This document shows, one piece after another, positions 28,601-37,683 of a DNA stretch of 64,000 nucleotides. Location of the stretch: assembly GCA_963845145.1 (NCBI GenBank), contig CAWJQU010000005.1, positions 394,256-458,255 of the forward strand, read 5' to 3'. The stretch's first letter is position 1; each line of letters begins with the position of its first letter. The notes under the pieces were generated by a model, which was not told where the DNA came from, did not search any database, and saw nothing but the letters and a program-made list of their open reading frames with translations. The DNA comes from an uncultured delta proteobacterium. Lineage in GTDB: Bacteria > Desulfobacterota > Desulfobacteria > Desulfobacterales > QNYZ01. Position numbers and translations under genes: made by a program.

Positions 28601-30088
28601 ATGAAAATCGTATTGATGTCCATGCCCGACGTGGCGCCGGTAATCATGCACACCAGTGCCTTTCACATGGCCAACAACGGCCTTGCTAACATCGCCGCCA
28701 ACCTCGATGGTGAACATGATGTCTATATTATTGACCTGATCCGCAAAAGACGCCGGGTTGTCAACTATGTGACCCAAACGCTGCTTAAATATCGTCCGGA
28801 TATGGTCGGTTTGTCATCCATGACTTGGCAATACGCCACCTGCACGAAACTGCTCAAGCTGATAAAACGCCTGCTGCCGGATGTCAAAACGGTGATCGGC
28901 GGTTATCATGCCACACTGATGTACAAAGAGATCGCAGACTCCAAAGAGGCGGACTGGATCGATTTTATAATTCGCGGCGAAGGAGAAGTGGCCTTTAGCG
29001 CCCTGATCAATGCGGTAGGTGGGCATGGCCGATACAAGGGAATTCCCTCACTCTCCTTTAAAGATGACGCCGGGTTTTGCCACAACCCCAAAGGGGAACC
29101 ACTGGATCTGGCCCAGATCAAGCTTCCCGTCCGGGATAAACGGCGCACGACCAGCGGATACCATGTCATGAACCGCAAGGTCGAGGTGATGGAGACCTCA
29201 CGAGGTTGCACCCGCTCCTGTCATTTTTGCAGCATGCATCACATGTACGGGCGGATCTATCGAACCTTTCCTATCGACCGGATTCTGGCCGATATCGATA
29301 CCATCTACCACCAACGCCATACCCGCCGTATATTTATAACCGATGACAACATGGTTCTGGCGCCAAATCGAGTGATCGAGTTGTGTGAGGCCATTATCGC
29401 CCGGAAATATCGCCGCCTCCAATTCAGCGTCCAAGCGGATTGCATCACCATCTCCAAAAATGAGACCATGGTGCGCAAAATGGCCCAAGCCGGATTTAAG
29501 CTGATATTTTTAGGAATTGAGAACGTCTCTTCCAAAAACTTGAAAACCGCCGGTAAAGGCAATATTGTCAATGCGTCGCGGCAGGCCGTGGCAATATGCC
29601 ACAAATATGGCATCATGGTCCTGGGGGGGATGATATTCGGATTTCCCGATGATGAAGAGGCGGACATTATTGCCAACTATCGATTCCTTAAGGAGATCGA
29701 AGCAGATTCCGCCTACTGCCAGATACTCACACCCTACCCAAAAACCGATTTGCGCCGCACATTGATGGCGGAGGGCCTTGTGACCAACCCAGATAATTTT
29801 ACAAAGTATAACGGCATGTGGGCCAACATTAAAACCCGTCATTTAGATGCCCAACGGCTCCAATACCTCTTTTGGCTGCATCGGCGGAAAGTGTTGGGAT
29901 GGTGGGAACCGTCCAAGCAGGTCCGGGAGCAGGGGAGACTTGCGACATCCATCTGGGTTTATGCATTACGACCGCTACTCAAATTTATCGAGGCCCGAAC
30001 CCAAAAGCGATCAAGCTTGGATGGTCGCTATCAGCAGGACATGCTAAGGTTGGCTGAGATCAACCAATTTAAGGATTTGGAGGCCTAA
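28601..30088 (+). CDS. B12-binding-domain radical SAM enzyme (class B type) no. 1
   Basis: N-terminal Rossmann-like B12-binding module (MKIVLMSMPD...DVYIIDL...PDMVGLSS), then SRGCTRSCHFCS (CX3CX2C). Confidence 0.85.
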   Translation: MKIVLMSMPDVAPVIMHTSAFHMANNGLANIAANLDGEHDVYIIDLIRKRRRVVNYVTQTLLKYRPDMVGLSSMTWQYATCTKLLKLIKRLLPDVKTVIGGYHATLMYKEIADSKEADWIDFIIRGEGEVAFSALINAVGGHGRYKGIPSLSFKDDAGFCHNPKGEPLDLAQIKLPVRDKRRTTSGYHVMNRKVEVMETSRGCTRSCHFCSMHHMYGRIYRTFPIDRILADIDTIYHQRHTRRIFITDDNMVLAPNRVIELCEAIIARKYRRLQFSVQADCITISKNETMVRKMAQAGFKLIFLGIENVSSKNLKTAGKGNIVNASRQAVAICHKYGIMVLGGMIFGFPDDEEADIIANYRFLKEIEADSAYCQILTPYPKTDLRRTLMAEGLVTNPDNFTKYNGMWANIKTRHLDAQRLQYLFWLHRRKVLGWWEPSKQVREQGRLATSIWVYALRPLLKFIEARTQKRSSLDGRYQQDMLRLAEINQFKDLEA

Positions 30089-30140
30089 GGCCAGTCTTGG
30101 GAACAGTTTTGGAAACAAGCTTGAAAAACGATATTTCGAA

Positions 30141-31286
30141 ATGGTCATGAAAAAAGTCTATATCGCCAAAACCGCTATCGCCACTGGATTGGGAGACACC
30201 CTGGAGGACAATTGGCGCCGGCTGAACCAGGGTCAAAGCGCCATCGACATCATTTTGCATTTCAATACCGACCGGCTGCCCTATCACTATGGGGCGTGCC
30301 GGCCGGATCTACGGCAAACGAACGATGTCAATTTTACCTGCGCTTTGATGCAACGTGTCTTGGACCGCATTAAACCGATCTCAACAAACACAGACATTAT
30401 CTGGACGGGCATCAAAGGCAATGCCCAAGCTATTGAGCATGGAAAGAAAAATGCCCATTACTACCTGCCGACCCACTACCGGCAATGGGTGGCGGACACT
30501 ATGGGTATAACCGGACAGGGGATGGAGATCAATGCGGCCTGCGCGGCCGCCACGGTCGGCCTGGCCATTGGAGCTCAAAAAATTGCCCTGGGGAACGTGG
30601 ATCAAGTTCTGGTTTGTGGTGCGGACTTGGTGAGCCGATTTGTCCATACGGGATTTTCTGCATTAAAGGCCCTGACGAAGACCGCTTGTCGGCCATTTGA
30701 TCGCCAGCGTGACGGGATGTGCCTGGGGGATGGGGCTTTTGCTATACTGCTTACCAGTGAAAAAACCTTCAAAAAAGAGACTCGGGCACCCCACGTGCGA
30801 TTGGCCGGATGGGGTATCTCCAACGATGCCGTCCATATCACCGGCCCGGCCCGAGACGGTCGTGGATTGACCTCAGCCGTTCGGGCTGCCCTGGACATGG
30901 CTGCCACACCTCCCGACGAGGTTGAGGCCTTTTGCGTTCACGGCACCGGAACCGTATTTAATGACGCCATGGAACTGGCGGCGATCAAAACCCTATTCGG
31001 CGACCGCCGCTTTCCGGCTTTCTCCATCAAGGGGGCCATCGGACACACTTTGGGCGCGGCGGGTGGAATCGAAACGGCCCTCTGCTGCCAGGCATTAGCA
31101 AATCAGTGCGTACCGCCCACAATCGGCTTGAAAGATCCTGAAGAGAGGGCGATGGGTCTCGTAGCAAACACCGCTCAACCGTTTGGGGGCCAAAACATTT
31201 TGACCACCAATTCCGGTTTTGGCGGAGTGAACGGTGCTCTTATGCTTCAGATGGACGTTCAAAGGGATAAGCGAGAAATCAAATAA
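30141..31286 (+). CDS. Beta-ketoacyl-ACP synthase (Cys-His-His), short form
   Basis: EINAACAAATVG (Cys), VHGTGTVFND (His), IGHTLGAAG (His). Confidence 0.85.
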   Translation: MVMKKVYIAKTAIATGLGDTLEDNWRRLNQGQSAIDIILHFNTDRLPYHYGACRPDLRQTNDVNFTCALMQRVLDRIKPISTNTDIIWTGIKGNAQAIEHGKKNAHYYLPTHYRQWVADTMGITGQGMEINAACAAATVGLAIGAQKIALGNVDQVLVCGADLVSRFVHTGFSALKALTKTACRPFDRQRDGMCLGDGAFAILLTSEKTFKKETRAPHVRLAGWGISNDAVHITGPARDGRGLTSAVRAALDMAATPPDEVEAFCVHGTGTVFNDAMELAAIKTLFGDRRFPAFSIKGAIGHTLGAAGGIETALCCQALANQCVPPTIGLKDPEERAMGLVANTAQPFGGQNILTTNSGFGGVNGALMLQMDVQRDKREIK

Positions 31287-31295
31287 CAGGACAAC

Positions 31296-31988
31296 ATGTT
31301 AATTAATAATATCGGTGGCGGTTGGGTCACAGCAGAAAATTACGGTCAGATGAGAAACGGTACCCGGCCGGTGCTTCATCCCGGTACGCCTAAGCTGCCT
31401 CCAGCCCAAGATCTGTTTTCTCCCCTCCCCGCCCGGTTCCGTCGCTTTGACCTTTTTACCCAGCTGGGATTAAGCGCCATCGCCTTGGCGTTAAAGGATG
31501 CGGGCATCGCCGAAAGTGAACATTCGCGCTCCATCGGCATTGTGATCTCCAGCGTTTACGAATGCTTCGAAGTCGACCTGGCCTATTACCAGACCACGCT
31601 AGACGAAGATGGCCTGTTTGCCAGCCCCAACCTGTTTTCCTACACGTTGCCGGGCATCGTCACCGGTGAGGCTGCGATTTATTTCAAATTAACCGGTCCG
31701 ACATTTACGATGGGTGATGACACTACCTCCCGAGGGATGCCAGCCCTTTTGGCCGGTGTGGATATGATTCGATCCGGTATGTGTAAAACCGTGATATGCG
31801 GTTGGTTGGATAGTCCGGGTGAAATGCTTGAAACCAAGCTCAAAGATGTCGACCCAGTTTGTGGGGCCGTATTTGTCGTCTTGTCCGCCGAATATCAACA
31901 GCGTGTGCTGGCACAACTTCGAATCGAGAATTCAGCCCTTCTCACTGCATCCGGAGCCAAACTTGAATCAATCCAGGACCTTTGCTGA
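31296..31988 (+). CDS. KS-N-terminal-like partner protein lacking the active-site Cys (chain-length-factor-like)
   Basis: 230 aa. FRRFDLFTQLGLSAIALAL, ASPNLFSYTLPGIVTGEAAIYFKLTGP align by eye with 48463..49572 and with the 57.0-58.1 kb partner. No Cys at the nucleophile position. Confidence 0.65.
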   Translation: MLINNIGGGWVTAENYGQMRNGTRPVLHPGTPKLPPAQDLFSPLPARFRRFDLFTQLGLSAIALALKDAGIAESEHSRSIGIVISSVYECFEVDLAYYQTTLDEDGLFASPNLFSYTLPGIVTGEAAIYFKLTGPTFTMGDDTTSRGMPALLAGVDMIRSGMCKTVICGWLDSPGEMLETKLKDVDPVCGAVFVVLSAEYQQRVLAQLRIENSALLTASGAKLESIQDLC

Positions 31989-32146
31989 CCCATCGGCTTA
32001 TCACTAGTTCAAGGCGGGTCGACCCAGCGCCCTTTGGTCAATCGTATGATTGTGGGGCCTGAATGGTTCGAACCTTATCTCCTTTCGAATCACTTCTTGA
32101 AATGGCTTGAACATCTACATATGTAATTGAGAGGATACAATATCAA

Positions 32147-32689
32147 ATGGACACAAAGGATAAGCACTTGCTTTACGGTCTAGCTGCTGTCTTTTTCTAT
32201 ATCATTCATGCTGGGTATCTGATTATAGTTGGAGAACATTATCATTGTATTTGGTCCTGTCATCTGGGGTGCCTATTGGTAGGTGCAGGCCTTGTTTTAA
32301 AATCACCACATATTTTTTCGATGGGATTTTTCTGGCTTTTTTTGGGTGTACCTCTCTGGATATTAAATGTGATCACAAGCCGGGAATTCATGGTGACATC
32401 CACCCTTAGCCATTTAGGCGGGCTGACCATTGGCCTATGCAGTCTGAGTTTCATGAAGGTGCCGAGATATTTCTGGATCATGGCAACAGCCGGGCTTCTC
32501 ATCCTCGGTCTGTTCAGCAGGCTGGTCACTCCGGAACATGCTAATGTTAATCTTGCCTTCCGGGTGTGGGCAGGGTGGGAAAATCTGTTCCCTTCCTATT
32601 TCTGGTATGTGGTTATGCTTGTTGCTATTTCTGCGAGCGTATTTTTTTTGCTGGAACGCACCATCGAGAAACTGGCCTCACCCACATGA
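32147..32689 (+). CDS. Polytopic membrane protein (about 6 TMS), unknown function
   Basis: 180 aa, almost entirely hydrophobic helices. Last gene of the + strand run. Confidence 0.5.
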   Translation: MDTKDKHLLYGLAAVFFYIIHAGYLIIVGEHYHCIWSCHLGCLLVGAGLVLKSPHIFSMGFFWLFLGVPLWILNVITSREFMVTSTLSHLGGLTIGLCSLSFMKVPRYFWIMATAGLLILGLFSRLVTPEHANVNLAFRVWAGWENLFPSYFWYVVMLVAISASVFFLLERTIEKLASPT

Positions 32690-32706
32690 TGAATCTCTGG
32701 TATTTT

Positions 32707-33993
32707 TCAAAAGGTCTTTGTTTTCCAAAAAACCTGCGGAATTTTCAATTTAAGTTGTTTGGCAAAGCGAATCAGTAGCAAAAAGACCATCATAATCATG
32801 ACCAGTTCAGTCGATTCCTCCCACCAGTCAGCCCAGCCCTGATTTTCTCTAAAGGGCAGCATTAGGCTAAATCTGAAAAAGGCATAGCTTGAAAATCCGA
32901 GGCCGATAAAAAACGGTAACTCTGCTTTTTGCACGCCTGTTTTGCCTCTCCGAAGCCAAATAAAAGATGCCATAAAAGCAATGGCTCCCAAGATCGGATA
33001 AATCCGGAATTCAAAAAAGAGGTTCCAGAAATCCTTATCCCAGAGCACGTTAGATGCGAATACGGGCATAATAATCTTAAATGGCCTTAAGGGCATCGTT
33101 ACAGGGATCAAGGCAACAAAGGCAAGGGCAGGGACCATGAAAAGCGCCAACCGATGGAGACCGCAATTCCCGGAATTATTTTTCCAACACGTCTTACAGA
33201 GTCTTTGGAGCAGGCAAGGGCGATCTTGGTCCCTATAGTGGACAATCCGTTCATCAAAGAAGAGAAACAACCCCCACTCGAGGAGAAAGAACATCAACAC
33301 CATGCCTAAACCATGGATGAATTCGAGCTCCGGGCTACTATTTGAGGCAATCAGGTAATTAAGGGTGCAGGCATTTTCCCCTATAAAAAAGAAAACCATT
33401 GCGTTGCGGATCAAAACAAGATCCCTTTCCTTTCTTCTCCATAAGATGAGGGCGATCACGAAGCTCAAAAGCACATAGATAGGCTTGATCACAAAAGCGG
33501 CCGCCGTAACGGCTAACTGGGTAAGTAAGGATATCTCAACAATGGGCGGTTCAAGCGCGTTTGCGATAGAACCACTTCCCGTTGAGGGCGAAGAGGGGTA
33601 GCCCAAGCGCTGCCATGCCTGCATCCCTTCTCTGAGATTATAGACATTAGGATATCCATGGGACATGATTGTGGCCGCCGCAATCTGGGATTTCCAGCCC
33701 GAATAGCAGACCGTGACGATCTGCCTACCCTTGGCCTGCGGATGTTTCTCAAGAAAGCCATCAATATTGGCTGGATCCAACAAGATAGCCCCGTCAATGC
33801 GGCCTTTCTCAAAGGCAGAGTGCTCGCGGATATCCAGAACAAGGGGATTTGATCCACTGGATAACGCATTTTTCAACTGCTCCGACCCAATGGATTGGAT
33901 CCCTATGAATCGGGCCGACATATCCTGACAGCCGACTAATAAGAGTGTAATGAGTAGGAAAAAGGTCCATTTTATACGAATTGATATATCCAT
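32707..33993 (-). CDS. Lipoprotein-type rhodanese domain fused to a polytopic membrane domain with a Cys cluster
   Basis: LLLVGCQD lipobox-like, rhodanese active-site loop VTVCYSGWKSQ, then about 8 TMS and CLLQRLCKTCWKNNSGNCGLH. Confidence 0.65.
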   Translation of the reverse strand: MDISIRIKWTFFLLITLLLVGCQDMSARFIGIQSIGSEQLKNALSSGSNPLVLDIREHSAFEKGRIDGAILLDPANIDGFLEKHPQAKGRQIVTVCYSGWKSQIAAATIMSHGYPNVYNLREGMQAWQRLGYPSSPSTGSGSIANALEPPIVEISLLTQLAVTAAAFVIKPIYVLLSFVIALILWRRKERDLVLIRNAMVFFFIGENACTLNYLIASNSSPELEFIHGLGMVLMFFLLEWGLFLFFDERIVHYRDQDRPCLLQRLCKTCWKNNSGNCGLHRLALFMVPALAFVALIPVTMPLRPFKIIMPVFASNVLWDKDFWNLFFEFRIYPILGAIAFMASFIWLRRGKTGVQKAELPFFIGLGFSSYAFFRFSLMLPFRENQGWADWWEESTELVMIMMVFLLLIRFAKQLKLKIPQVFWKTKTF

Positions 33994-34256
33994 ACACGAT
34001 CAAACCTAAAGTGCGCTTATACCGCTTCACAATTTGGCCCGGTACACCCCTTGATCACCTGCCGTAGGGTGAATGCGATAATGAATGTGAGGTGAAATAT
34101 ATCTCCATAGAACGCCTGCGGCTCCATGAGGTCATGACACTCTCTTTCAGAATTTGCAAACTTTCCGCCACTTGCGCTACGGATAGTTAAACAGTTCCAA
34201 CATTTACGATAGGTGACGGCATCCGACATTTCCCCGCAATCGGTTCTTGATCTTTT

Positions 34257-35630
34257 TTAACCGATCCTTAATAAGCCTAGCGGCAGGGGCAAGGCTGGGA
34301 TGTCGTGGATGGTGGTTTTCCGTTTTGACCGGGTCAAAATCAATCCATTGGCATATTTCTTAATTTGAGATAGTTGTTTGGGCCGAACCTGGTTTGTCCA
34401 TTTCACTTCTACCGGCCAAAAACGGTTTTTTTGTACATAGGCAATGTCAACTTCACCTTTGGCTTTGATATAGAATGTCGGAAAACGCCTTTGATAGTGC
34501 GTTACGGCGCATGCCTCTACCAACGTACCCATCTGTTCCGAATCATGAAACAGCTGTTTGACCTGATCTTTAAAAGGATCTTCACAGGGCCACAACCACG
34601 ACTTGACGGCATGATAAATGAATGGGTCTGTAAAAAATACTTTTTTAGCCTTCTTCGGTGCTGCGATTAATTTATCCTCAATTAGGGCCGATTGGACAAA
34701 CACCGCATCCATGGACTCCAGCAATGCCATGTAATCCGCGATGGTTTTGGGGTGATCGATGGATAGATCTTTTGAAAGGGCATTCCAGGTGACCTGGCTT
34801 CCGTACCTTTTGATTATGGCCTGTAATATTTCTATAAGAAAGTGTTCCTTTTTATGCCGCTTGAGCACATCTCCCCTGATCCAATCGCTATAAGTCGAAA
34901 ATGTGCCGGGTAATATTTTCCCATAGGCGGCCATATCGTTGATGGCGGTTAAAAAACCGCCATGTGATAAGTATAAATCAAATTCAGTATAAAGCTGGTC
35001 CAAAAGGGAATCGGGAACATGCGCATCGTCATGCATAAGTCGGTTGATGTTATCAGCCGAAATGATCTTGTGAAGGGCTACAAATTCCATGAAGCTGAGT
35101 GGAAGTAGATGAAAATCCACCACTCCCGATTTCCCCCGTCTTCCCGGAAACCGCATCCTAGCCTCTTTGATAATTCCCACATCAGAACCGGTTACGACCA
35201 TGACGGTCTGCTCAAGCATACCGGCGTCTGCAAGATATTTAATTCCTTTGTCCCAATCTCGGATGTAGGTAACTTCGTCGAGTATCAGGTAGTTCGTCGA
35301 TGAAGTAGGGATCGTTTTTATTATGTCTCCAATGAGCCTGACAAGAGAGTGATGATCATCAATCAATTCACCGGTTAAATAGGTGACGCATCGAGGCTGG
35401 GTGCCAAGATCGAGTAACTGGGCCATCCACTGTTTAATAAGGGTCGTTTTTCCAATCTGTCTGCCACCGCTCAAGCTATAAATACCCGGATCGGCAGTTG
35501 GCAATCGGTCGAGAGTGGAAGACCGGTGGATCAATGGCTGCCTGGCGAGTAGCCTCAAGTGTGGATCGAGGTCTTCAAAACCTTCACGGCTTTCCAGATG
35601 GGTATTGTGAGGCAAGAATCTTGGGTCCAT
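34257..35630 (-). CDS. COG1373-type AAA ATPase (AAA_14 + DUF4143)
   Basis: GGRQIGKTTLIKQW Walker A, LILDEV Walker B. C-terminal ...EVDIAYV....WPVEVKW is restriction-endonuclease-like, typical of DUF4143. Confidence 0.75.
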   Translation of the reverse strand: MDPRFLPHNTHLESREGFEDLDPHLRLLARQPLIHRSSTLDRLPTADPGIYSLSGGRQIGKTTLIKQWMAQLLDLGTQPRCVTYLTGELIDDHHSLVRLIGDIIKTIPTSSTNYLILDEVTYIRDWDKGIKYLADAGMLEQTVMVVTGSDVGIIKEARMRFPGRRGKSGVVDFHLLPLSFMEFVALHKIISADNINRLMHDDAHVPDSLLDQLYTEFDLYLSHGGFLTAINDMAAYGKILPGTFSTYSDWIRGDVLKRHKKEHFLIEILQAIIKRYGSQVTWNALSKDLSIDHPKTIADYMALLESMDAVFVQSALIEDKLIAAPKKAKKVFFTDPFIYHAVKSWLWPCEDPFKDQVKQLFHDSEQMGTLVEACAVTHYQRRFPTFYIKAKGEVDIAYVQKNRFWPVEVKWTNQVRPKQLSQIKKYANGLILTRSKRKTTIHDIPALPLPLGLLRIG

Positions 35631-35648
35631 TCTTAAAACCTTCTGTAG

Positions 35649-35696
35649 TTTTGTATATTAGTCAATGAATAAATTTATTCATTGACTAATATACAA
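35649..35696. promoter_or_regulatory. Perfect 48-bp palindrome (24+24) 19 bp upstream of the ATPase start codon
   Basis: tttgtatattagtcaatgaataaa / tttattcattgactaatatacaaa verified base by base. Contains TTGACT on both strands. Confidence 0.9.
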
Positions 35697-35787
35697 ATAA
35701 ATGTGCCCTGTCAATTCGCTTTATAAAATTCTCTCGCTGCACATATTGCTTGGCGACCGTAACCCCGTGGGTTACATTCAGTTAATC

Positions 35788-35856
35788 ATGATAAAATCCT
35801 TTAAACATAAGGACTTGGACAAAAATATTTTTCCACGGAAAGCAAGAAAGGTATAA
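35788..35856 (+). pseudogene. higB: Truncated HigB (RelE-superfamily killer) toxin remnant, 22 codons
   Basis: MIKSFKHKDLDK matches the conserved HigB N-terminus (MIKSF.HKgL), then a premature stop. A 7-bp-stem palindrome gtaaccc-cgt-gggttac lies at 35759..35775 just upstream. Confidence 0.5.
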
Positions 35857-35859
35857 AAA

Positions 35860-35982
35860 ATGCGAAGAATGATTAGGCGCCCAACACATCCGGGCAATAT
35901 AATTAAAGAAGACTATCTTTTGCCTCTATCCATTACAATTAAAAATATGGCTGCAACGCCCGGTAACAAGTACGTCACTTAA
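35860..35982 (+). pseudogene. higA: Truncated HigA antitoxin remnant, 40 codons
   Basis: RRPTHPGNIIKEDYLLPLSITIKNMA matches the HigA N-terminus (P.HPGeiL.Ee.L.Plg.s...lA) but stops before the HTH is complete. Confidence 0.5.
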
Positions 35983-36593
35983 AAGAACTTGTGAAGCTTC
36001 AGCCAACACACTGGTATTGAGTTGAACCGACGTTACTATAGATGGTAAGGTGAAAAGAGAGGATTGTTGGACACAGAGCATTGCCACCAGAACCCTGGCG
36101 TTCGTCGAGGCAGTTAGAATGCAGACGCGCAGCTTAGCAATCAGTATTTCAAAATCTTTGAAATTTTGAACGATATTCGGAAGGTAACAGTCTTGTGTTT
36201 TTTACGAAAATTTTTCGAAATGACCGCTGTTTTGATAACCAATTGATAGGTTATTTCATCAAAGGACAACATTGTATTTTCGAGTAGGGATTTAGCCTTT
36301 TGAACTTTCAGGAAGCTTTAAGCTACGGAACCGATATGATAGGCCCCGGCATTATGATGAAAGCGCTGAAAATGGATTAAAGAAAATCCCACGGATATCA
36401 AAGAAGAGGGTGAAATATTCGACAGGAAAAAATAGGGACGTCTATGATTATTTGCCTTTTAAAATACCTCAAATCAATTCAATCTTCTAACGGAAAGCGA
36501 AACATTCCCCTTGACCTCGACCACTGGTCCAGCATAGCCCTACAAATAATATCCTACTGGCTTGCCCAAACATCAAACACCGGACCCAATCCA

Positions 36594-37589
36594 TTATGGC
36601 CTTATCTCAACAAGTGTACCATTGGGCACTAGCCGTTCAATCTCCTCCATCTCTTCGTCCGTAACGGCAATACACCCTTTGGTCCAATCGGTTTGTGCAT
36701 GAAAAGAACCCGCCCAGGAAAAGCCATTTTTAATACCATGAATCATGATATCTCCACCTGGGGAAACACCCAGATTTTTGGCTCGCTTTTTGTCTGTCTC
36801 GTTGGGATAGGAAATACGAAGCGATAAGTGGTAGGCACTACCCCTGTTTCTCGATTCGATGGTGTAGGTTCCCTCCGGGGTTTTGTTATCGCCCTGCCTT
36901 TCTTTCGGGCCAACCGGGTTTCCCCCCAGGGCTATTCTATAGGTTTTAATCACCTCGCCCCTTGAGAACAGCGTCAACTGTCGCGCTTTCTTTTCTATCA
37001 GAATTTTATCTGCCGGTCCCGTCCTCAGTTCGAAAAGCTTTTGCTCTATCGTTTCAATCTTTTCTATGAGTGCGATATTCTCATTCTCTTTGTCTTTAAC
37101 CTCTTGGCGGGAAATCTCGATCTGTGTCCGCTGCGCGGCAATAGTTTTATCTTTGAAGATAACATTTTGGATTTGATGTATCATCACCTGGCTGTCTTGC
37201 CTGTATTCGCTAACCGGATAATCCTTTACGATTTTCTGAAAGCACGCCAGCGCTTTCTGATAGTCTTTTTGTTCGTTCCCAGGATGGGCATGAATAATGC
37301 CCATCTCAAAAAGAACCCTGTCTGCGGTCTCAGGATCTTTTTGAATGAGTTGCTCGTATTTTCTAAGCGAAGCATCGTATTCTCCCTGGTTGAAAAAATC
37401 GTTTGCCTCTTTGGAGATCAACCGGGCCTGATGCCCGTCATCAATGGAACGGCATCCGAATATCAAAATAGTTGTCAGTAGGGTGATGTAAACGAAGAAA
37501 AGGCGAAGATTCTTAACCAAACATCCCCGCCTTTTGCCTACATCTGTCTTGGTGCTTGTTGTTGACGTACCTGATGATTGCAAAACCAA
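36594..37589 (-). CDS. L,D-transpeptidase (YkuD fold) lipoprotein with an N-terminal TPR/coiled-coil region
   Basis: ILIFGCRS lipobox-like. C-terminal IMIHGIKNG...DWTKGCIAVTDEEM catalytic His/Cys motif. Confidence 0.75.
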   Translation of the reverse strand: MVLQSSGTSTTSTKTDVGKRRGCLVKNLRLFFVYITLLTTILIFGCRSIDDGHQARLISKEANDFFNQGEYDASLRKYEQLIQKDPETADRVLFEMGIIHAHPGNEQKDYQKALACFQKIVKDYPVSEYRQDSQVMIHQIQNVIFKDKTIAAQRTQIEISRQEVKDKENENIALIEKIETIEQKLFELRTGPADKILIEKKARQLTLFSRGEVIKTYRIALGGNPVGPKERQGDNKTPEGTYTIESRNRGSAYHLSLRISYPNETDKKRAKNLGVSPGGDIMIHGIKNGFSWAGSFHAQTDWTKGCIAVTDEEMEEIERLVPNGTLVEIRP

Positions 37590-37639
37590 TCCTCTTACGG
37601 CTCTATTCGCAATGCATTCAATACAGAATGGTGAAAATA

Positions 37640-37678
37640 AAAGGAAGTGGCAGCGCTTTAAGTCCTCCCACTTCCTTT
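37640..37678 (-). terminator. Rho-independent terminator of the Lpp-like gene
   Basis: 11-bp stem aaaggaagtgg / ccacttccttt. On the minus strand it is followed by tattttcac, 6 nt after the stop codon. Confidence 0.6.
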
Positions 37679-37683
37679 CCGGT

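Noticed and set aside
32065-32074. tRNA-like T-loop string ggttcgaacc
   Set aside because: It is a self-complementary 10-mer with no flanking acceptor, D or anticodon arms. No tRNA can be folded around it.
36000-36440. Non-coding stretch after the higA remnant, considered as an ncRNA or another TA remnant (minus-strand 43-codon ORF MLSFDEITYQLVIKTAVISKNFRKKHKTVTFRISFKISKILKY; cgaaaatttttcg palindrome near 36210)
   Set aside because: There is no recognisable family and no strong structure. The partial resemblance of tttttacgaa to the MITE end is only about 10 nt.
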